Assembly: GCA_951406725.2 (NCBI GenBank)
Contig: OX597828.1
Span: forward strand, 1,736,001-1,800,000
Direction of reading: 5' to 3'
DNA: 64,000 nt
From: Octopus vulgaris
Taxonomy: Eukaryota
Below are positions 54,120-64,000 of the stretch, one piece after another. Position 1 is the first letter of the stretch, and each line of letters opens with the position of its first letter. The position numbers and the translations under genes were made by a program. A model generated the notes under the pieces. The model made no database searches and was not told where the DNA came from. It saw only the letters and a program-made list of their open reading frames with translations.

Positions 54120-54430
54120 AAGAGAAGGGGACCCCCTTCAGTCATGAATGAACATGGGACTGCACCTAGAAAGTTCCCCTCCGAGGCAAAGTCCGAGCAT
54201 AGCTGCCCATGCATGCCAGCCTACCTTCTTTACGCCACTGATGTTATACAAGGGAAAGGCAAAGGGGCCGATACAGCTTGGCACCAGTGATACTGCAACA
54301 CATTTCTACAGCTGATTGAACTGAAGCAACGTGAAATAAAGTGTCTTGCTCAAGAACACAACACACAGCTCGGGCCAAGAATCGAACTAACTACCTTATG
54401 ATTGCGAGCCCGACGCTCTAATAATTGAAC
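54120..54430 (-). mobile_element. tRNA-derived SINE family C
   Basis: tRNA-like head on the minus strand (TAGAGCGTCGGGCTCGCAATCATAAGGTAGTTAGTTCGATTC), followed by GTGTTGTGTTCTTGAGCAAGACAC. Confidence 0.7.
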
Positions 54431-54530
54431 CTACATGTATTGTAAATGTAGGTGCGCGTGTATGTATATTATAATTGTCTATATGTGTATTTGTTTTGTA
54501 TATGTATATATGTATATGTGTACATAAGTA

Positions 54531-54590
<60 letters not shown>

Positions 54591-54659
54591 TACTTATGTA
54601 CATAAATTACTTATATATATAAATTAGAAGTTCTTATTATATTTCTAGTACTATTACAT

Positions 54660-54733
<74 letters not shown>

Positions 54734-54734
<1 letters not shown>

Positions 54735-55287
54735 GCCCTGATGCAGTACCAGGCAGTGGCTCTCATGGCTTCTGATCTTAACTGATTGGAAGTTTTATCA
54801 TGTACATTGTTTTGTCTTGGTATAAAAGATGGGCTACAGCAAATATTCTGCTCAATACCACAGATTTGCTTGTCAGTTGTTTGACCTTAGCAGTTGAGTA
54901 TGTCCCTTAGTGGCTGACGATATGTGCATCTCTGATCACGAGCAGAAGTAGTGGGGGAGCATCATAGCCATGTGCTGAGAGGGATTCTTTGGGGTTTGAA
55001 TAGTTCACCTCTGGAAACATGGGTGGTTCTTTCAACATACTTAAACAACCCTTATTCAGGGACCGTTTGAGCGGGATGGGCTACTCAACCTGAAGAAAAT
55101 TCTAACTGGACTCCACCTGAAAGGTCATGTGCTGTTTATCTTGATATGAGATCACCATGTCGCGCACATATGGTTGTGATGCATGTGCCTGGTGTACCTT
55201 TATCAGACGGGTAGTCATGATGGGTATATTGGGCTTCGTATATTTTACCCCAGTGTCACTTTGATGGCATGAACTGCTCTCTCACTC
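54734..55287. mobile_element. ~555-bp (AAT)n-flanked repeat, copy 3
   Basis: Near-identical to 33088-33642. Confidence 0.85.
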
Positions 55288-57147
55288 AATAATAATAATA
55301 ATAATAACAAGTATTTTATAAACGATAAGTTATACGTCTTTACTTTGGAATTTTTCATTTATTTCTTTTATTCCATAAATATTTACGAAAGATATCTATA
55401 ATATTTATGTAAGTAATAATGGAGTAATTTATTTATTGTTTATATGTTTATTGATAGAAAAAATATGGATTTTTTAATTACTATATTTGCTGATTATAAT
55501 TTAGATACGCATTTTTGTATATTTATTAATTTATAATTATTATATGTGAACTAAAATCTAAAAATATTAAGAGTGATTGTTTTGTAAAATAGTTTGGTAA
55601 TTAAATATTAGAGTATAGCTAGGTTAAAGATATTCTATAGTTTATTATTGTTATTTTATTAAGCTAAATTATATCTTCACAGATAAATACATTTTTCTAT
55701 CTATTTACTCTATTTTTTACCTTAAATATTTAACATAATAAATCTTTTGTAGGCAACTGGTCCTAATGTTTTAAGTTTCAAATTTAGTTAATGGAGTTTC
55801 TTCTATAAGAAAAATCATTATTTTATTTATTAATAAATATTGTTTAATTCTATTTGCTTATTTATTTAACTGTTATTGTTATTATTTTTAACCTGAAGAG
55901 TAACTATAACTTTAAATTGAATAGATTTTCGATTAAATTCAAATTTAATTATAATTCGAATTTAATTATAATCATGAAACGTACGTAGTTTTTTTACTTA
56001 TTATATATTAATTATTCATTTTTGTACTTTTTGTGATCTAGTTATATGTTTTAAAAAATATATTTTATTTTTTATTTATGATTTGGTTTATGTCTGTCAT
56101 TGTTTGAATTGCATAATAATGTTTTTTCCCTAATTTATATATTATATATTTATATTGTGAAATTTGATTTAATACTAACTTGAATTTTTTCCTGTAAGTT
56201 TGGAGTTATACTCCATATTATTATTATTATTATTATAATATATAATGCATGTACATCTGAATGAGTGTATATATATATATATATAATATATATGAATATG
56301 TGTGTGTGTGTATGTGCGTGTATGTGTGTGTGTGTGTGTGTGTGTACGCAGCTATTATATTTAATTATATCTTGAGTGTGTCTGGTTGTATTTCAAATAT
56401 ACTAATATTTGGCCAATTCAAAACAATAGTTAACGCTATAAATTTGACTTTTAAGCTCGAATAATTACTCCCCACCCAAATCTTAACTCTCCCGAAAAAT
56501 GTCAGCCAAGAGTTGTCACTTAAACCAGTGCAAGGGTTATCCTCAATAGTTTAACCTTTAAATAGTCTCGATTAAATCTCTTCATCGCAAACTTGAACAT
56601 AACGTAGATTTTCACAAGGAAGTCGTACTTGCACACGCAATAACTATACCTTTGTATTACAATTTCTACATCATTATATTAGTTTTCAAATACACCCATC
56701 ACCTAAACTGTAAACAAACATCAAAAGTCAACACATCTTTATATGATATGCAAATAACTTTTCCTACTTTTCAATCGTATCATATCTCCGGAGATATGAT
56801 AATAATATTCACACACGCACAAATACACGCTTAATTATAAGCATGTTTATGTGTTGGGAAGACAATAAGATGAACTTAACTGATTTGATTTTAAAGACCT
56901 ATAGACGTAAAGCCACTTTTAACTTTAGCATTAATTTTAAAAATTCTTATTATATCTATTTAATTATAAAATGCAATAAATAAGCCTAGATTCATATCTT
57001 AATATTTGTTGATACTTGTTTTATCCATACATAAGTGCATATACGCAGAGTATGAATGTGTATAGAGTTATACGTATAAATATACATACGTGTTTATATA
57101 TACACACACACATACATACATATGTGCATGCAAAGATGTACATGTAT

Positions 57148-57197
<50 letters not shown>

Positions 57198-57277
57198 CAT
57201 ACAAACATACATGCATACAATATATATACGTTACGGAGGGGAATTTTTCCATATTTCCTGTTTGATATTTAAATATA

Positions 57278-57352
<75 letters not shown>

Positions 57353-57489
57353 GAGATTGGAAAAATTCCGGTATTATTTATTTGCCATTTCATGTTTCAT
57401 TTGCTAATATGAGTTACAGAATTGTACATGTAGAAAACATATAAGATATCTCCTATTAGAAATTCTTCAGACAGAGAATTAGATATTCT

Positions 57490-57850
57490 TTTACTTATTT
57501 CAGTCGTTTGACTGTGGCCATGGTGCAGCACTGCCTTTAGTCAAAGAAATCGACACCAGGACTTATTCTTTGTAAGCCTAGAACCGCTAGGTTACGGGGA
57601 CGTAAACACACTAACATCGACTGTGAGGTGATGGGGGCGGGGGGACACATACACAGACACACACACACAAACACACACACACACACAAACGCACACACAC
57701 ATATATACGACGGGCTTCTTTCAGTTTCCATCTATCAAATCCACTCATAAGGCTTTGGTCGGCCCGAGACTATAGTAGAAGACACTAGCCCAAGGTGCCA
57801 CGCAGTGGGACTGGACCTGGAACCATGTGGTTTGTAAGCAAGCTACTTTA
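57490..57850 (-). mobile_element. tRNA-derived SINE family B with internal (TA)/(TG) microsatellite
   Basis: Reverse complement of 63580-63990. Other pieces at ~9080-9250, 48150-48270, 57930-58090, 61680-61890 and 62460-62615. Confidence 0.8.
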
Positions 57851-57872
57851 TTTCATAAAGATTTGCCATAAA

Positions 57873-57927
57873 GGCATTACAAAGAGACGAACCCGGATCG
57901 ACTGCTTGGAAGGCAACCATGCTAACC
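57873..57927 (-). pseudogene. tRNA-Gly(TCC) pseudogene fragment
   Basis: Minus strand GGTTAGCATGGTTGCCTTCCAAGCAGTCGATCCGGGTTCG matches the anticodon and T arms of eukaryotic tRNA-Gly-TCC; 5' end missing. Confidence 0.75.
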
Positions 57928-58100
57928 GGCAGGCTTCTTTCAGTTTCTGTATACCAAATCCACTCGCAAGGCTTTAATCGTCTGAGGCTATAGTAGAAGA
58001 CACCTGCTCAAAGTGCCACGCAGTGGGACTGAAGCCGGAACCAGGTGGTTGGGAATCAAGCTTCTTACCACACAGTTAGTCTTGCGCCTATAGAAATATT

Positions 58101-58173
58101 CGCCCAACTTGGGGCTCGTACCCGCAATGCCGAGATTAAGAGTCTCGTGCATTACCGATTGAACTACCAGAAT
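58101..58173 (-). pseudogene. tRNA-Lys(CTT) pseudogene
   Basis: Minus strand TAGTTCAATCGGTAATGCACGAGACTCTTAATCTCGGCATTGCGGGTACGAGCCCCAAGTTGGGCG matches tRNA-Lys-CTT; the 5' acceptor strand and T-loop are mutated. Confidence 0.8.
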
Positions 58174-58459
58174 TTACACTTGGATGAAGCGTTCATAAAT
58201 ATTTTAAAGAAATATATATATATTTATATATATGTAAAAATATATATTCATACACATATGCATATGAGTGTATGTGTGTGTGTAGGAGGAGGGTATTATA
58301 TATTCACCTTTGCACGCATGTACGTAACCATCTCTACTTTATCTATAAGTCTATAAGTCATAACGTGTATATTTTGTGTTAATATATGAATATATTTAAG
58401 CATAGAGATTTAATTGCGCACTAGTCTAAACTTAAGCGTTTGTCACGTGTGTGTGAGCT

Positions 58460-58521
<62 letters not shown>

Positions 58522-58577
58522 CTCTTTTACTCTTTTACATGTTTCAGTCATTTGACTGCGGCCATGCTGGAGCACCG

Positions 58578-58622
<45 letters not shown>

Positions 58623-59029
58623 TTTATGTACATACATGTATGTGTATGTGAAAAAGACACGAGTGAGTGTATTTACACTGCACATACAGAGGTTACAGTA
58701 AATAATGGCAAGATCACTTATGTTTAACTATCTTTATTTTTGGCAATATAACAAATTGAAATAAGGCGGCGAGCCGGAATCGCTGCCATACCGGAGAAAA
58801 TGTTGCGGCATTTTGTTTGGCTTTACGTTCTGAGTTCAAATTCCGTTGAGGTCGACTTTGTCTTTCATACTTTCGGGGTTGATTAAATAAGTATCTGTTG
58901 AACACTAGTGATGTACTCCTCCTGAAACTGCTGGCCTTGTGACAAAATTTGAAACCAATATGATAAATTGAAAACTGTTCTAATCCGTATTTCAGTTACT
59001 AAAACCACTGAATTGTTTAATATTTGGGG

Positions 59030-59906
59030 AGGTACAGCTCTGAATTTATATTGTCATTCCGAAATCAGAGTAAAACCAGTGTTGGCAAGCGTAATTCTAG
59101 ACGGAAGGCAAAGCTCACAGAGACGGACCAAGGAAAAGTGAAATGTATTGCGTCAAAAAAACCATAGAAGTACGGCAACAGAAATGAGAGGAGTGCTAAA
59201 CCGTCAGTAGTGCGTTACATTAATCTAGATGCATGGGAATCTTGATATTTGTTAAGTTCACTTGACCTCCATCAACATCAGTAAGGGAGAAAATGGTGTC
59301 TAGACTATTAGAAGTGATCGAAGGTTCAATAGAAGAATATTTGTTCTTTTGAATACTGATTCAGCTTTTTCTCCACTTTAGGACGAGTTTATGCCTGGAG
59401 ACTACTCAAAAAAATAATTTAACCCTGACTTGATGACTTTTCCTGTCATATCACAGACGTTTTTGGTACTTCACTTATTTTTCATGGCAGGGTTAACGCC
59501 AAGGTATATTGCTTGATTATATCCATCCCGTGGTACAATCATCTTCGCCAGATCTTCAGGACGATAATGCGATTCAAGCGGCTAATGTTATTTAAAATTG
59601 GTCCGAAGAACACAAAAGTGAAGTAGATCACTTGGACTGGGAGACACAATCACCAGCTCGAACATTTATGATATATTCAGGAGCAACGAGTGAGGAACCG
59701 TTTTCCTCTGTTATCGTCGCTGAAAGAGGTAAAGGTTTTAATGAAAGAATGACTGAAAAATTTCTCTAACAACTTGATCAGAACCTGTACGAATTAATTC
59801 CTCGATGTATTAAAGGTGTGATTGGTACCAGAGGTGGGCAAACGCTGTATTACATAATAAACTTCCATTTAACGAAGTGTTTCCATTATTTTACCCACCC
59901 GCTGTA
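59030..59906 (+). mobile_element. Degenerate Tc1-like transposon
   Basis: FQDDNA remnant at ~59555 and HLDWETQSP at ~59630; terminus ...CCCACCCGCTG|TA. Confidence 0.55.
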
Positions 59907-60059
59907 CATAGCTATAAATTTAATATAAAGAATCTTTATTAGAAATTGGACTCCCCCTCCAAAGTAAGGGATGAAATAGAACTCAACCTTTTCTCATATA
60001 TATATATATTTACTATTACCTATATATATTATTTATTATTACTTATATATATACATATA

Positions 60060-60253
60060 TGTATAGGTTTTTTTCCCTCTTTCGCCCACATCGGGATCTT
60101 TCTTTCTTCTTTCTTCCTTCTCTTATGTTTCCGACGAAGAGCTCCGCTCGAAACGTCATACCCTCCTTCTTCCATTTTCCTGAGCGCCTAATAATAATAA
60201 TACTGTAATTGTTCCACGTGTTGTTGTTTTTTCTGTTTTCCCGTTTGGATTAA

Positions 60254-60255
<2 letters not shown>
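60060..60255 (+). mobile_element. Hammerhead-bearing short repeat (same family as 2715-2920) ending in (TA)n
   Basis: CCGACGA-A-GAGC-TCC-GCTC-GAAAC-GTC at 60131-60157. A related degenerate motif lies at 60397-60428. Confidence 0.7.
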
Positions 60256-60319
<64 letters not shown>

Positions 60320-60333
60320 TATACATATGAATA

Positions 60334-60385
<52 letters not shown>

Positions 60386-60509
60386 CATATTCCTTTCTGT
60401 GGAAAAGCGTAGGCTCGAAACGTTAAAGACTTTTTCACTTCCCGAGCGTTATACTAATACATCTCTTTGTTGTCTACACCACCTGCCTTCGTCTTTTGTT
60501 TTTTTTTGT

Positions 60510-60925
<416 letters not shown>

Positions 60926-60950
60926 AGTAATATATATATATATATATATA

Positions 60951-61620
60951 TTCGATAGAAATTCATCACTACCAGCGGCCCAGTGGAAAAGAAAAATAGT
61001 CATGAGACTAAAATATCATTAAAGACGCAGAAACGATGCATCGTCTAAAAGATGAATTAGGGTAAACGTTTTTAATTTTTCACCTATTTCCGAATTACAT
61101 TACTTGGCGGTTGGAGTTATGGCTGCTCTGTCTAGTGGACGAATGGCCTGTTAAGGCCATTCCTAAATTGTTATATATTTACATTTTAGTCTCATGACTA
61201 TTTTTCTTTTCCACTGGGCCGCTGGTAGTGATAAATTTCTATCGAATTTTTTACTACCCTAAATTGATTAATTGATTATTTTCTGACTAATTCTGAGATT
61301 GATAAGGTTGGCGCGATTGCGCTGGTCTTCGAAAATTTTAAGACAGATATTCCAGAAGCTTCGATGCAGTAGCCTCGTGTATATTTGCCTCTACCAAAGG
61401 TTTCTTTACTGACGAAGCGTGACCTATGGTAGATTAGCTTAATTTAATTTAATTAAGCTGGTCTATCATTAAAAACGCAGAAACGATGCATCGTCTAAAA
61501 GATGAATTAGGGTAAACGTTTTTAATTTTTCACCTATTTCCGAATTACATTACTTGGCGGTTGGAGTTATGGCTGCTCTGTCTAGTGGACGAATGGCCTG
61601 TTAAGGCCATTCCTAAATTG

Positions 61621-61626
<6 letters not shown>
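60951..61626 (+). mobile_element. Retrozyme-like / non-autonomous Penelope-type element: 450-bp partial tandem with 5' inverted segment, inserted in (TA)n
   Basis: Direct repeat ~61014-61176 / 61464-61626; inverted repeat ~60951-61014 / 61183-61246; full hammerhead at 61403-61502. Confidence 0.8.
61403..61502 (+). ncRNA. Type I hammerhead ribozyme motif with long stem II
   Basis: TCTTTA-CTGACGA-A-GCGT...19-bp hairpin with GU pairs...ACGC-A-GAAAC-GATGCATC-GTC-TAAAAGA; stem III is the palindrome ACGATGCATCGT. Confidence 0.8.
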
Positions 61627-61674
<48 letters not shown>

Positions 61675-61929
61675 ATATACTTTTTACTTGTTTTAGTCAT
61701 GAGACTGCTGCAATGCTGGCGCACCACTTTGAAAAGTTCCGAGTCATATCGATCGACCTTACTACTAATTCTTTAAAACCTGGGGTCTATTCTATCGCTT
61801 TCTTTTGTCGAACCGCTAAGTTACTTGGACATAAACACACCAACACCAGTTGTCAAGTAGGGATAAACGCAGAAACAAAGGCACACACACATACATACAT
61901 ACACATACATATATATGTATATTTTGGGG

Positions 61930-62925
<996 letters not shown>

Positions 62926-63547
62926 TTGTCTGTTTGTTTTGCTAACTATTCCTACTGATGTCATGACTAAAATATTTTTCTCCTCTTATTTGGCTGATTG
63001 ATTCTAACCGAAATCTATCTTTGTTACGTGAGGGGGGGGGGTTCGCTGACCCGAAGACGCCGCAATAGTTTCCTATAACGTAATGCAAGTATAATACATA
63101 AAATGAGTTGCTACTGAAATATATGTAACACGGACTGAACTACTATCGTTCATCCTTTTAACCTTTTGTATATGTGCATGTGTCTGTGTGTTTGTGTATG
63201 CATATGCATATATGCATTCACACTTATACATATATATAAGAATTCACTTTTATGCAAATGAGTCTCATCAGGGTAATATCTGTCTAAAAGATAGTCAACA
63301 ATGTCATGCAAGGACTGCTAAATCATAAAATTAGACTGATTTAAAATATACCTATGTTTACAAGCGTTAGCGTAAATAATTTAAAACTAAAATGAATATG
63401 ATATAAACAAAGCAAAACTTTGTGCATAAATGTGTATGTATTTTTCTATATATATATGTGTGTGTGTGTATGTATGTGTATATATGTGTATATATGTATG
63501 TGTAGGTATTTGCGTATGTATCTATATACATTCTCTATGTAGATGTG

Positions 63548-63578
<31 letters not shown>

Positions 63579-63579
63579 A

Positions 63580-63749
63580 TAGGCGTAGGAGTTGATGTGT
63601 GGTAAGTATCTTGCTTAGAAACCACATGGTTCCAGGTTCAGTCTCATTCCGTGGTGCCTTGGACAAGTGACTTCTAGTATAGCCTCGGGCCGACCAAAGC
63701 CTTGTGAGAGGATTTAGTAGACGGAAACTGAAAGAAGCCCGTCGTATAT

Positions 63750-63807
<58 letters not shown>

Positions 63808-63990
63808 GTGTATGTGTTTGCCTCCCCAACATCGCTTGACAACCGATGCCGGTGTGTTTATGTCCCCGTTTTCTAGCGGTTCGGTAAAAGAGACCGATAG
63901 ACTAGGCTCAGAAAGAATAAGTCCTGGGGTCGATTTGTTCGACTAAAGGTGGTGCTCCAGCATGGCCGCAGTTAAATGACTGAAGCGAAT
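63580..63990 (+). mobile_element. SINE family B, near full-length
   Basis: tRNA-like head (GTGTGGTAAG...GGTTCAGTC), internal microsatellite and 3' GGTGCTCCAGCATGGCCGCAG. Confidence 0.85.
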
Positions 63991-64000
63991 AGAATTTTAA

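Overview
AT-rich, microsatellite-dense eukaryotic DNA. The SINE and microsatellite make-up resembles an octopus/coleoid cephalopod genome, but this is inferred from memory and not checked by search. The only host gene I can support is a minus-strand multi-SRCR (scavenger receptor cysteine-rich, DMBT1/CD163-like) gene. It has four phase-compatible exons (19774-19620, 11414-11249, 9694-9365, 1156-848) encoding three SRCR domains; I did not find its 5' exon, and it probably continues left of the window. The rest is mostly decayed transposons: Tc1/mariner (DD34E, DD37D, DD35E), Tx1/L1-, Hero-, RTE- and CR1-like LINEs, many tRNA-derived SINEs, a Helentron-like element and two tRNA pseudogenes. A ~16 kb nest (30.0-45.9 kb) contains R4/Dong-like LINE pieces stacked in (AAT)n. 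Two observations stand out. (1) Several hammerhead-ribozyme motifs lie in short non-coding repeats, mostly in or beside (TA)n/(AAT)n, including a 450-nt partial-tandem retrozyme-like unit at 60951-61626. (2) A Penelope-like (Neptune-type) retroelement appears to carry a Ulp1/SENP-like cysteine protease just upstream of its RT. Repeat boundaries were estimated by eye.
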